Part shown: piece after piece, positions 18,301-25,592 of the stretch | Layout of the letters: every line of letters starts with the position of its first letter | Numbering within the stretch: the first letter of the stretch is position 1 | Virus record (IMG/VR): IMGVR_UViG_3300020403_000078 | Span: 1 to 25,603 of that record | Length of the DNA stretch: 25,603 bases | Origin: a virus | Taxonomy: Duplodnaviria; Caudoviricetes | Reading direction: 5' to 3' (one strand) | Program-made: the position numbers and the translations under genes | Notes under the pieces: generated by a model | Database searches by the model: none | What the model was told of the DNA's origin: nothing | What the model saw: the letters and a program-made list of their open reading frames with translations, nothing else

Positions 18301-21300
18301 CAAATACGTTTAGAACAGTAAGGGTTTCTGTTCCGATTCCAATGATTGATCCTGCAGAAACACGGGGACTTACTGAAGTTGGATAAATGTCAGTAGAAAC
18401 TCCAGTATTTGCATTAACTGATATTGATAATCTTCCTGTAGCAGAACCAACTCCAATTACATGATTATCAACCAATCCACTAACGAAAGTGGAAGCAGTT
18501 CCTATTTGAATTCTATCACCATCGATAAAATCGTGCTTTTGTTTGGTGTATACTCTAAGAGTATCGCTACTTTCTCTGATAACCGCAGAATTTTCATATA
18601 CAATGAATGATGTCTCAATATCAGAAATTTCTTTACCCTCAACCTCAACAACTTCAGCAGTTGCTCCACCACCGGCAGTTCCAGAATTATCAAATACAAC
18701 CGAATTACCAATCATATAATCGTCACCAGGAGTGACAACTGATAGAGAATCTACAGTTCCTGTAGATGCACTCTCAACAATAGAAGTTTGATTTAAGAAT
18801 TCATTTGATTCTAATAAGAAATCACTTCCAGATTGAGGTCTGTTTACTCTATATGGGAATGTGTTTCTAACAAGAGTTGACTCATTAAAGGCAAATGATT
18901 GATCTAAACGATTATCCACTGGTTCAGATCTAAATGTATCGCCAATAAAGTATGGGAATTTTGGATCTAGATTTCCACTAGAACCTGCTTCGCTATTAAT
19001 TCCAACATAATACGCATAAACTCCATTTGGAAATTCTGGAGTTTTTGCAAATCTACCATTATGAACATCCAAATCACCAGAATCATCAAACTTATGATCC
19101 TCAACAAAGAATCCTAATGGGAATAAAGTGTCAGATGGTCTATTATTGATATTTGAAATGTTTGCGGAATAACCAGTTTTTAGAATCCTAATTGCCGAGT
19201 TATTATCACGAGGATCTTCATATGCATATGGACCATAAATTGGATTGCCATCATGTGCCCATCCAATAACACGAGAGTGACCAGTACTATCAATTGGATC
19301 ATCGAAAGCACTACCTTCTCTAATGGTGGAATATCCGACTACACCATATGTGAGATTATCCTCAAAATCAATTAAGTTCTCATCACCAAATCTACTCTGA
19401 TTATTAACAGTTAATCTTCTTACATCTGCTTCTATGACACAATTTCTTCCTGGTGAAGTTGGAACTATAACTGTTGATTTTTCTTCGTATCCTGCACCTT
19501 CATTCAGAATAACTACATCAGTAACTTTTCCATCAGTAACAACCGCTCTTAGTTTTGCACCATTTCCTTTACCACGAACCGATAATTCTGGTGCAGCAGT
19601 ATATCCTTTACCACCATTCTGAATATCAACTGCGATAATTCTACCATCTCTATGAATTGCTTTAAATTGTGATGATCCACCAGCATCAATTTTAACAATT
19701 GGTCTCTTATGGAAGTTAAAGACATCAGAACCATAATTAGTTCCTTCATCATAAAGATATAGATCAACGATTTCACCAGTAACTATTGGAGTTGCTGTAA
19801 TCGTATTTCCAGCACCAATATACTCTGCATTGATTTCTAATGAAACTGGTGGGAAAGCGAACGTTTGATATTCTGTTCCAGTAGTCTCTAATTTTACATA
19901 ATTCTTTCTATTATATTCTGTCCTTGCCGCAGAAACATTTACCGATCCAGCATCTGCAAGACGGAAATTATTATCATCAATTTTTAAAACACGATATTGA
20001 TTGGATGTTGATAGACCACTAATTACTGTTCCAGAAGTACTGTAGTAAACTACATCACCATCATTAAAACCATGATTATTAAATGTAATTTTATCATGTA
20101 CTGTATTGATACCTACAGGTTTTACATGTAACTTCCTATTTTCATATCCAGAACCAGGTTTAACTACTTTAATTTCAGATATTACATTTTTCTCTTCAAA
20201 TAGTCTAAACTTATGCATTCCACCAGTACCAATGGTGGTAAATCCGACCGTATTGATGCCTGCATTATAATCGGTCTCGGTTTCGTACAGATAGATTGTT
20301 TTATTATTAACTACCTGTGGATAATATACAGAACCATTGATGAGATTTCTTCCACTATCAGCATTAGATCCCTTAAATGGACCAATACCAAGAGGAGTAT
20401 TGCCACTGGTATTATAAACGATCGCCTGACCACTGGATAGGTTATGCTCTAAGGTAAAAGTAAGTGTATCATCAGAGATATCAATACCACCAGTAGCAGC
20501 GACACCAACCTGAGAGGCGTTAAATGCTAACTCACGGAACTGTTTAGATACAACTGCTTCTAACTCTGCTCCTGTTCCATTACCACCTTTTGCGGTTACT
20601 GAAAGAACTCTGTTGATATTAAAGTTTTGTGGGTCAACTTTAACTTCTGAGAAAGATCCCCTTACTACTGCTTGTACCAATGCAGTAGTTCCAATACCAA
20701 CAGTTGGTGGATTAACTTTGACTGTAGGTGGATTAATTACATCATATCCAGTACCACCATTAAATATTTTTACATCGGCAAGTGGTCCAAAGAAAATATA
20801 ATCATTTGATTTATAACTTAAGATCTCAACACCATTGATTAAAGATCCAATTTGTCCTGCTTTTGTTTCTTTACCTTTTCCTGATTGGATATTTGGTTGT
20901 AATGGGAACTTAGAAAGTGCCTTCTTAAAGGAAAGAGACTTTTGATAATGCTGCTTTAATGTAAATGAATGAGTTGATGCTGTAGAATATTGTGCAAACT
21001 CAACATACTTAGTAGTATTGATGAAAGATCTTGCATTAAATAATCTTATAGTATTTTTTGATGTTCCGACTAACTGAACATAATAAGTTCTACCAGATTC
21101 TAAACCACTAATAGCAGTTCCAGTAGTATGATATATTATCTCATCACCAGTAATAAATGGTACATCATTAGCAAATGATAATGTGGTATATTTACCAGTT
21201 ACTGAACTTTTTCCAGCAAAAATAGAATTTAAATTAGACGATGAAGTAATCTCAATATCTGCTGTGGATATATTTTTTGTCAGTTGGTATGATGGCAAAG

Positions 21301-22984
21301 AATTGGATGCCATATACAAGAACTCATCATTCTCATTATAAGTGTTTTGTACATTAGAAAGAATTTTGTCACCACTCAAAGCAAGTGGTGATGAAGTTGC
21401 ATACTCATATCTTCTTCTTACACTTAATCTGGCATTCGCTGCAACTGTTGATGGGATGTTAGTATCAAGAGTAACTAACTTACCTACAATATCATCAACC
21501 TCAACATTAGTGAGAACAAGTTGCTCCCCACCTCTATCCAGAACATCTACACGATCACCAACACGTAAACTAGACTTATCGGGTTCTTCGAATAAAGTTA
21601 ATTCATTATTAGTGTATTCTTCGATTTCATATCTCGTTCTTACATTATAAATCCAACTGTTAAATGCAAATTGCTTTTTGTTTAGATTATCGTTCTTGAT
21701 TTCTTCGCCAAGATTTTTGACGGGAATAGTATCTCCCTTTAAAAGAAGGGTATAATCTTCAGTTTTTTCTAAATCTGATAAAATTCCAGTAACTCTTAGA
21801 TCAACTCTCTTGCTAGGATTACCGTCTTCAAATCCAAATACAGTAGCTTCTGCATAAACTCTATCCGATGTGCTAATACCAACACTTACACCAATACCAG
21901 TTCCACCGGTTACACCAAAAAATTGGTTGACATTTTTATCAGAATATGTAACAGTATCATTGCCTATAAACAATTTACCGGAAGTATCAAATCCAACTGT
22001 AGAATCAACGGTAATAATTGATGAACCGATAGAAACTTCATCGGTTACATTTGTACTAGGTGTAATTTTAAATTCACCTTCAATCAAACTTTGCTCATTA
22101 TATCCACTGAATAACTGGATCTTATAGAAAGTTTTTAAATTTCTTGTGATGATCTCAACTTCTGAAATTGGACCAGCAGCAGTTTCATCAGAGCTCTTAA
22201 GCATCTGACCTGGTAATTTATTAGGATCGCCGTCAAGTACTTCAGTAATTAGAGTTTGTCTTCTTCTATATTCTGCTGTTGATGGTTTTAAAAGAAATTC
22301 TTCTAGGTTTAGGATTTTTGGAGTATTTCCATATAGAACATTAAAAAGTATTCTAAAGGATTCATCAGTACCTTTACTCTGATAGAAGTTCCTAGCTTGC
22401 TTAATAAAAGAATTAACATCAAGATCCTTTACAAAATCAATATCCTCAAATCCTGGAGCAAGTAAGACTTTGATTTTGCGATAAAATTCTTGTAAGAACT
22501 GAACACTAAGGTTGGTAACTCTAGAAACATCATCATGATTTGCTGCTGATGATGTTGAGAATATTAATTCTTCTGGGTTATTATTACTTCTGTAAGTAGT
22601 AATTCCACTAAATCCACGTATACAACCAGTAAAACTATTAGTTGTTATACCAGTGTAAGTGAAAATCTCATCATTAATTTTAAAGAGACCATACTCTTTA
22701 GGAAATCCCTTTGTAGACTCAACACTAACTGTTGTGTCTGTTGGTGATAAAGCACTTGTTGTGGAAGTAAATCCACTTATTACTTCAGGAGTTAAGTTGT
22801 TGAGATTGAGATATTGATCTAAATTTTCGGCAATATCAACCGGAGCACCCTGAAATTCCTGGGAGACGTAGTATTGCTTTAAAAAGTCGACTGCTTTCGG
22901 ACTTTCCGATAATATAAATTCGGGTAACTGATTGTCGACAATCTGTTGGATCTTTACCCTAGATTCAAATCCAGTTGTGATCAT
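9323..22984 (-). CDS. gp7: Giant baseplate wedge initiator, T4 gp7-like (4,553 aa)
   Basis: Located between gp6 and gp8. gp7-type core motifs FYQSKGTDESFRILFNVLYG (aa ~200-219) and YYQNLSYTIKS...VHPTGMKNF (aa ~2420-2456). Many beta-rich repeat modules. One uninterrupted 13.6-kb ORF with an SD. Confidence 0.85.
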   Translation of the reverse strand: MITTGFESRVKIQQIVDNQLPEFILSESPKAVDFLKQYYVSQEFQGAPVDIAENLDQYLNLNNLTPEVISGFTSTTSALSPTDTTVSVESTKGFPKEYGLFKINDEIFTYTGITTNSFTGCIRGFSGITTYRSNNNPEELIFSTSSAANHDDVSRVTNLSVQFLQEFYRKIKVLLAPGFEDIDFVKDLDVNSFIKQARNFYQSKGTDESFRILFNVLYGNTPKILNLEEFLLKPSTAEYRRRQTLITEVLDGDPNKLPGQMLKSSDETAAGPISEVEIITRNLKTFYKIQLFSGYNEQSLIEGEFKITPSTNVTDEVSIGSSIITVDSTVGFDTSGKLFIGNDTVTYSDKNVNQFFGVTGGTGIGVSVGISTSDRVYAEATVFGFEDGNPSKRVDLRVTGILSDLEKTEDYTLLLKGDTIPVKNLGEEIKNDNLNKKQFAFNSWIYNVRTRYEIEEYTNNELTLFEEPDKSSLRVGDRVDVLDRGGEQLVLTNVEVDDIVGKLVTLDTNIPSTVAANARLSVRRRYEYATSSPLALSGDKILSNVQNTYNENDEFLYMASNSLPSYQLTKNISTADIEITSSSNLNSIFAGKSSVTGKYTTLSFANDVPFITGDEIIYHTTGTAISGLESGRTYYVQLVGTSKNTIRLFNARSFINTTKYVEFAQYSTASTHSFTLKQHYQKSLSFKKALSKFPLQPNIQSGKGKETKAGQIGSLINGVEILSYKSNDYIFFGPLADVKIFNGGTGYDVINPPTVKVNPPTVGIGTTALVQAVVRGSFSEVKVDPQNFNINRVLSVTAKGGNGTGAELEAVVSKQFRELAFNASQVGVAATGGIDISDDTLTFTLEHNLSSGQAIVYNTSGNTPLGIGPFKGSNADSGRNLINGSVYYPQVVNNKTIYLYETETDYNAGINTVGFTTIGTGGMHKFRLFEEKNVISEIKVVKPGSGYENRKLHVKPVGINTVHDKITFNNHGFNDGDVVYYSTSGTVISGLSTSNQYRVLKIDDNNFRLADAGSVNVSAARTEYNRKNYVKLETTGTEYQTFAFPPVSLEINAEYIGAGNTITATPIVTGEIVDLYLYDEGTNYGSDVFNFHKRPIVKIDAGGSSQFKAIHRDGRIIAVDIQNGGKGYTAAPELSVRGKGNGAKLRAVVTDGKVTDVVILNEGAGYEEKSTVIVPTSPGRNCVIEADVRRLTVNNQSRFGDENLIDFEDNLTYGVVGYSTIREGSAFDDPIDSTGHSRVIGWAHDGNPIYGPYAYEDPRDNNSAIRILKTGYSANISNINNRPSDTLFPLGFFVEDHKFDDSGDLDVHNGRFAKTPEFPNGVYAYYVGINSEAGSSGNLDPKFPYFIGDTFRSEPVDNRLDQSFAFNESTLVRNTFPYRVNRPQSGSDFLLESNEFLNQTSIVESASTGTVDSLSVVTPGDDYMIGNSVVFDNSGTAGGGATAEVVEVEGKEISDIETSFIVYENSAVIRESSDTLRVYTKQKHDFIDGDRIQIGTASTFVSGLVDNHVIGVGSATGRLSISVNANTGVSTDIYPTSVSPRVSAGSIIGIGTETLTVLNVFDNVLRVKRGLEGTTHAIGSTITYYEDSFTIPVETENFDSFENFKTYFNPVEAVGIGTTTGFEYEQSFNVGVSPKSVSLPHQAIYIPNHKFKTGQKLKFNKPSSTNSLTVGITSTSTTFNLPKTGLTEDVYVINKGKDFIGIVTQVGLTTNSGGLFFPTSTASDNYEYFLETQESELTATAKQITTKVSISTVHGLEFGDRISLDVVPDLTLGQYGESDTYAGRRELSEISIKYDSAFDKILVNTIGFTSTSVNTLNNTLGLGSHGLVTGDKVFYNGLNGSVASGLSTGPYYVFRTDDNTLQLGETEIDVFANPPRVVSIASTGGANQELSMINPRIDITKNNTLFFDVSDASLSDYNLKLYYDNAQSNEFVSTGSTSEFSFETSVTNTGVTTSHKVLFGNDLPTKLFYTLEKDGVDIDPDTDVVDYSQILYRNSRYNREYSVFGIGATTFSVALPVIPEKLKYTQDQCKTLKYKTTSKNASGPISKLNILYGGSEYLKLPRVTGIATGTAASVGTNGVIRPDTTTIGKLNQFRILNEGFEYSIDRTLRPQAEVPKLIRLSGSYKITNIEVISGGKNFISAPDVTVVNMYTRKPESSGTLQLTSSFDGNTIVSIDILDEPKGLDDVEHRIFTERNSNGVSVEKIVSYNKTTGIVELELSTPPIGGFTTPPFKAGDEIFVEGLIKKVVTSNLGVVSSPGNGFNSKDNSYQFFKVTEFINSNPAILKYNIGEFTQNAGDIEGTGSTFGIQNQFTQVINKSNYPVFGVTLEPSIFFMSEPLQVNGIDSNLIIQSSYKDFIKVLGDYPVKEGDIILGKTSGVSATVNVLDSNTGRYQISGVNKIRYGWADNVGMLNNDLQVMPNNDYYQNLSYTIKSPQTWQTIRDFVNKMVHPTGMKNFADTEFLSKAEVSRAVISDAFVSPVLDFISERRVDTINAFDLVLDYDPTADSSRFILFKNKRLTDYVECRSNRVLQIDDISGQFSSSEFNKDTFTAAIEYPITNFYGKFLVQVIDDNKTSSQLSEIVVLNDFNNTYSLDRTTLFTDVKLGDFVGSFADSGDPALRFDPVDPNNFNYNLKVYTDNFDINNVNVGTGFTDFGFGRINAKVETVGPSSGNGILGPSTTVFEALANQFDTFYSYAHVVDLGTNEQNYFEIAAHKDASDNTYTSELFFDTSNTSVSSAGIGTFTTVVDNGIIKLNYTNENSSNNVAVRVKTVGIGSTAAGVGTYRYLVDGQLPGTETTAKFGTSFENVTGITTVLTYPIETESSHKALVKVSVGSTVSLHNLYLVSDQTRVTLEESPFLSVGTNIGIGTFSSEVDGTSANLIFHPDSAFASDVVTVQFFNQTIYTEQDQFNFPDPLEYGNANEKITNAFYGSINNFGKDRTAFDLNYKGIPIYQKTFNPTQTTNWDKATGVFSIDDHFFETGEELIYKPFSTLAGVAATSVGIGTTTVSGTVFTGDLITGFSTITGVSAASTSLITLTANILGPSIAANTTVTGIGTTNTFFVGNVVAAGSSVITGVANTGLIKVGSGIFSGNNVGVGTVVSVGLNSITSTEVITGGNNRIYFSDDINYGITISNPGTATTTRQTYTTGITTDIMPETVYAIRVSKDKFKLTGTAGGSGIGFTFTSEGSGNRHKLTMKKKLEKALITIDGVSQYPIAYTPLTFDLDQNTPTGTGSIGAGVTFLRLSGISSVRPRDILKIDDEFLNITNVGLATTATGPITGIGTIPVVNVTRGFVGTSATTHTDGSSARIYKGAFNIVENKIHFTEAPDGKGNNDRLNSSQLALPKSTFNGRVYLRQDYTGNRIYDDISLGFNGIGRTFSVYNEGENAIGLEAGSNIVFINDIFQTPNTSNNVGNNYSFGESAGISSITFTGIKRPGTDEILIVDSDVNQNQIPRGGVVISVASTGGLGYAPLVGAQVNAEIGAGKSISNIVGIPTYGRKVYSISTASYDNVTGVLEITTDGNHGFIGLGQRAFLENLEFACAAPHAGVTTTTFPDNTQGFDYPILGITSGTTFRTNVGVSTIPHTYVGLGSVREYFNDNRQNFGSGYRGQVGVAVTDEIYEHKFVRANTGAVTGTGGPFTPTNAVYDSLSGTLTLTIPSHGRSSGNVQLVEDSFVFTCSRDDHATEHTYPRATDPAGGAVNLAITVIDADTLSVNVGVGGGAGTGAVITAEVVANSHRFESASANAVNVQSGSESGNEKTPTNATYDPETGILTLTVASHGLSTSDTITLDANSIVFSCARDNFQTLHPYPRPGSDPIAGVTTAVTVTDANTFTLNVGYSPAHTGGSLFFTISDGGSNYVNPVITVDDPAYENLGFTGVSRLGLGNTSQTGVGLSMTFDLSPNPNTVGIGTSFFEVSEYQITKPGYSYRLGDVFEPVGLVTDYKLISVVDPLRFTVSEVFSDSFSSIQLGEFDYIDSIKILQDGKRKRFPLFFNNQLLSFQKNTSDVRSSLIDFDAVLLIYLNGVMQEPKVSYTFDGGTTFSFTEAPKQDDKVDIFFYRGTRNIDSLQVDVAETVKPGDNLHILKNDGNSTTVSQTPRIVSSIVSSDIVETGIYLGDGIDDTNYKPVDWTKQKRDLFINDLVESKARDSLEGMVFPTAKIIKDFASDDTEIFVDDAQFFNYEENESTIEIQDVNALLIGNQDPVAAGLSATVSGLGTISSIDVISGGSGYSPSSTVTLRIGKPVGGIGTVFKADIIDRVGTLGIGSDVIIGINTESLEIGQTLKAIPNILDTSTTIIGIAGTDGGNITLSKSASNTVEFVNGFEFGRYQDQELAEATASVNSAGIVTLTSVTTAGAGYTSTTLPTVIAPLPSLQKELISGIRFVDGFAGIVTGIGTTVGTNGNSLALKFDVSFDTTADFDKLIVGYPIKVTQTGVGLGVTSIDSQDSSIVGIGSTFVDNIYYVHAVSKNAFTGIITSNILSTTDTNSIVAISSDFAGRFSWGRLAGFTRSSGSISVAVTGLSVDTGLSTFPSLQRRGFGLRDIGALRKELPN
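11468..12478 (-). repeat. Three protein-level repeats in gp7 (A.YD...G.L.[IL]T...HG ... F.C ... [YF]P ... NVG)
   Basis: ASYDNVTGVLEITTDGNHG..FACA; AVYDSLSGTLTLTIPSHG..FTCSRD..HTYPR; ATYDPETGILTLTVASHG..FSCARD..HPYPR. Each ends in NVG. Boundaries are approximate. Confidence 0.8.
14288..15334 (-). repeat. Three tandem diverged ~100-aa beta domains in gp7
   Basis: FYGKFLVQV..SEIVVLNDFNNTY..LGDF..LRFDP; FYSYAHVVD..FEIAAHKDASDNTY..IGTF..LNYTN; SHKALVKVS..HNLYLVSDQT..IGTF..LIFHP. Confidence 0.65.
18941..19282 (-). other. YHYH-like domain embedded in gp7 (aa ~1235-1348)
   Basis: GHSRVIGWAHDGNPIYGPY...DLDVHNGRFAKTPEFPNGVYAYY...FPYFIG matches the YHYH-domain pattern HSP.IG.A.DG.PIYGP / DLD.CNG / G.YHY / FPY. 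Confidence 0.75.
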
Positions 22985-22986
22985 AT

Positions 22987-22994
22987 CTCCTCTC
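22987..22994 (-). promoter_or_regulatory. Shine-Dalgarno for gp7 (GAGAGGAG)
   Basis: Minus strand GAGAGGAGATATG immediately before the start at 22984. Confidence 0.65.
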
Positions 22995-22996
22995 GT

Positions 22997-24862
22997 TTAT
23001 CTTGTTAATTTTCCGTTTGAATAGCTTGACCTTACAGGGAAATTAACTCCAGAGATTTGCTCTCCAGAAGCTATAGTGTCTTTAACCATATTTATAGTGC
23101 TTTTGCTAGTGTCAAAAACTAGGTACAGATCCTTAAGACCAATAACATCATTGGAATCTGGATATGCCTGAATCTCAATTACCCCGTTGTCAAGATCAGT
23201 TGAAATGATATTAATCGTATTAACAATTACTTCACCTTTTTTATAATCGACTATACCAATAGACTTCTTAACGACCTCAAAAGTATCTGGATCTAACGTT
23301 GGTTTAACGATTGATAAAATACCAATATCACTATCGGCAGATGGTACATCTACAAAAAATACCGTACTGCCTGGATCATCTGCAACTCTAAATCCAGTGC
23401 TCTTAATATTATATCCATCAATTCTCTTATAGAACTTATTACCGAAACATAATTCATATTGGGCGAATGTGTTGAGAATACAATTCATGTTTCTTCTCAT
23501 TCTTACCCTAGTAATGTTTGATGTGATAGAGTTATCAACACCATCAATTATCTGAAGAACTTTACTGTACTTAAATCTTCCACCAAATTTGTTTAGATCA
23601 ACAGTTTTGGAGTATGTCTCTAAAGCACTAGAAACTCTTGTTTTGAGATCACTAACAGAATTTGTTCTAGATGAATCATAGAATACATCACTATCAACCT
23701 CAACATATAGTAGTTTAAGATCGATTATCTCTTGAGTAATTCCAGATACAGTGTACTGCTTAAGATCATTTAGAATTTGATTTTTGTGGAAATCAGAGAT
23801 ACTAACACCATTTTTTGGTTTGATGCTAATTAAAACCTTTCCAAATTGTGGAGGATCTAGTTCTTCACCACCAACAACAGATACTGATTCTGTTGGGGCA
23901 TATACCTGCTGCACCAATGCCTCATAATCCCTTGTTGTAACGGCACGATACTGTGAAGAATACACTCTAGGTGCATAGTACTTAACAGACTCAATAGGTT
24001 CGATGTCGCCGCCTCCAGCGGCACCTGAGGTGGTTGTAACAGTAACTCCTGATTGGGGAGTAATTAGAACGCCACTACTATCAACTATTGTTCCTGCATA
24101 GGCAAAGACTGAAGGACCGTTGCCTGTTTCACCATCGGTAGTAATATAACTTACTTTAATAATATCACCATTGCTTAACTTCTTTCCAATAATTCCATCA
24201 CCAAAAAGAAGTTCATATCTTTCATCAGGAATTTCTTGGAGGAGATATATTTCAGAATCCTTGTTAACACTGATAATATTATCAACCATCTTGTATTCAC
24301 GAGAACCTATCATCACTTTGATAGTACTCGTATCAATATTTGGATTATTTAAAATAAATCTTTGGTTAAGTGAAGTATCTACCGTAAACTCTTTAGTGAG
24401 GTATATGCCCTGCGATACTTCCAGATCAACAAATGATGCCACATTGTTGTTAATATTTACTGTGACATCCTCTGGAATTGAGAATGTATAGTCCGTGTTA
24501 TCAACTGGTCCAACACAAACAAGACCTGCCTTTAGGATTGCTTGTCCTGCTGCTTGTGTTGTTGATACATTAAATGAAATAGCTGCTTTTGCGGCAGTTT
24601 TTGATCTAGGAACATATCCAACGTTCCTAGCAAGAGAAACAACGTTTTCTCTAAGAGTTGCAGAGTCTATGAAAGACTCATTCACAACCATGTTAGAGTT
24701 AAACGCTGTAATATACGTGTTATATGCTAGCGTATCGATTAGAACAGAAAAGTTTGATCCATCAAAGTCAAAATCCGTGAAATCGCTGTTTGCACGGAGA
24801 TAATCCTTGATGGATGTCTTTATCTGATCAAAATCTAGGTTTGTAAACTTTGTAAAAGGCAT
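22997..24862 (-). CDS. gp6: Baseplate wedge subunit, T4 gp6-like (621 aa)
   Basis: LDFDQIK...FTDFDFDGSNFSVLIDTLAYNTY...ESFIDSATLRENVVSLARNVGYVPRS, YELLFGDG and SQYRAVTTRDYEALV are gp6/baseplate-J motifs. Confidence 0.93.
   Translation of the reverse strand: MPFTKFTNLDFDQIKTSIKDYLRANSDFTDFDFDGSNFSVLIDTLAYNTYITAFNSNMVVNESFIDSATLRENVVSLARNVGYVPRSKTAAKAAISFNVSTTQAAGQAILKAGLVCVGPVDNTDYTFSIPEDVTVNINNNVASFVDLEVSQGIYLTKEFTVDTSLNQRFILNNPNIDTSTIKVMIGSREYKMVDNIISVNKDSEIYLLQEIPDERYELLFGDGIIGKKLSNGDIIKVSYITTDGETGNGPSVFAYAGTIVDSSGVLITPQSGVTVTTTSGAAGGGDIEPIESVKYYAPRVYSSQYRAVTTRDYEALVQQVYAPTESVSVVGGEELDPPQFGKVLISIKPKNGVSISDFHKNQILNDLKQYTVSGITQEIIDLKLLYVEVDSDVFYDSSRTNSVSDLKTRVSSALETYSKTVDLNKFGGRFKYSKVLQIIDGVDNSITSNITRVRMRRNMNCILNTFAQYELCFGNKFYKRIDGYNIKSTGFRVADDPGSTVFFVDVPSADSDIGILSIVKPTLDPDTFEVVKKSIGIVDYKKGEVIVNTINIISTDLDNGVIEIQAYPDSNDVIGLKDLYLVFDTSKSTINMVKDTIASGEQISGVNFPVRSSYSNGKLTR
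23089..23096 (-). promoter_or_regulatory. Putative internal late promoter TATAAATA in the gp6 3' end
   Basis: Perfect consensus 105 nt upstream of the gp7 ATG, encoded within codons ACT ATA AAT ATG. Confidence 0.65.
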
Positions 24863-24863
24863 T

Positions 24864-25265
24864 TTATCTTGTTGCCTCTAGGAGATATGTAAACTGTTGT
24901 GCTGGTAACTCTAATCCAACAACCTTAAAACGAACATTTATCTCAAATTCATTGGTATCTGCTTTTGGTAAAACAGTAACACCAACATTTTCGACTCTTG
25001 GTTCGTTATTTTCGATTGCAATAAGGATTTGCTGCTCAATAATAGAGGCAGTACCAAAATCAACAAAATCAAATAGTTGTGATCTGATATTTGTCCCTAG
25101 AACAGGTCTAAAAAACCTCTCACTAGGGATAGTCTGAACAATATTACGAATAGATCGCTTGATCGCATCAGCATTTTTGAGCACAAGGATATCCTTCGTT
25201 ACAGGATGCATACTAAAAGATAAACTAATATCCTTAAAAGCTCTGGATACCCTCTGGACTGCCAT
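24864..25265 (-). CDS. gp25: Baseplate wedge subunit / sheath nucleator, T4 gp25-like (133 aa)
   Basis: FKDISLSFSMHPVTKD...AIKRSIRNIVQTIPSERFFRPVLG...LFD...IENNEPRV is the GPW/gp25 pattern; 1-nt gap to gp6. Confidence 0.92.
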   Translation of the reverse strand: MAVQRVSRAFKDISLSFSMHPVTKDILVLKNADAIKRSIRNIVQTIPSERFFRPVLGTNIRSQLFDFVDFGTASIIEQQILIAIENNEPRVENVGVTVLPKADTNEFEINVRFKVVGLELPAQQFTYLLEATR

Positions 25266-25288
25266 TTATGAATGATTTTGTTTGTTTT

Positions 25289-25296
25289 TATTTATA
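25289..25296 (-). promoter_or_regulatory. Late promoter TATAAATA for gp25-gp6
   Basis: Perfect consensus in the intergenic gap, about 24 nt upstream of the gp25 ATG. Confidence 0.88.
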
Positions 25297-25299
25297 CCC

Positions 25300-25587
25300 T
25301 CATTCCGAAATCTTACCATAATAGGGTTCTGTGCCATATTCCCAATCATCATAGTCATCATCATTACGAATTTTCTCATGAAGTTCGTTTTGTTGGACAA
25401 AATCATGCTTTTTGGGAGTGATATCATCATTAGAAATCTCACGAAGCATCTTTTGGTGCTGTTGATTGCCCAAATTGTCTAAAAAATCATGCATTTTTTC
25501 ATCTTTGTAGTAGTCCGTGACTAATTTAGTCGTTCCCCACATGCTACGCATGTAGTTTTTGTCTCTATCGACAGGTGAATTACCCAT
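25300..25587 (-). CDS. Hypothetical phage protein (95 aa)
   Basis: AGGAG SD upstream; same strand as the module; fills the space up to the gp25 promoter. MWGTTKLVTDY motif and acidic DDDYDDWEYG tail resemble a cyanomyophage hypothetical family. Confidence 0.75.
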   Translation of the reverse strand: MGNSPVDRDKNYMRSMWGTTKLVTDYYKDEKMHDFLDNLGNQQHQKMLREISNDDITPKKHDFVQQNELHEKIRNDDDYDDWEYGTEPYYGKISE

Positions 25588-25592
25588 TTTAG

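Noticed and set aside
8670-19776. Same-strand alternative-frame ORFs inside gp8/gp7 (8670-8888, 9418-9714, 10681-10875, 12106-12303, 17980-18192, 18502-18711, 19549-19776)
   Set aside because: Leu-rich off-frame translations expected from codon bias; short, with no family motifs or evident slippery sites linking them to the main frame.
9323-22984. Intein, intron or homing endonuclease explaining the size of gp7
   Set aside because: No splice-junction motifs or LAGLIDADG/HNH/GIY-YIG patterns recognised; the extra length is accounted for by structural repeat modules.
25263-25270. CATAAATG overlapping the gp25 start as a second late promoter
   Set aside because: Mismatches the consensus and includes the start codon itself; the perfect TATAAATA at 25289-25296 is sufficient.
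268-25482. Many plus-strand ORFs of 60-131 aa (e.g. 4060-4401, 5272-5667, 13653-14027, 24171-24491)
   Set aside because: Antisense shadows of well-supported minus-strand genes. Their Pro/Val/Thr-rich translations mirror Gly/Thr-rich sense codons; most use non-ATG starts and none shows recognisable motifs.
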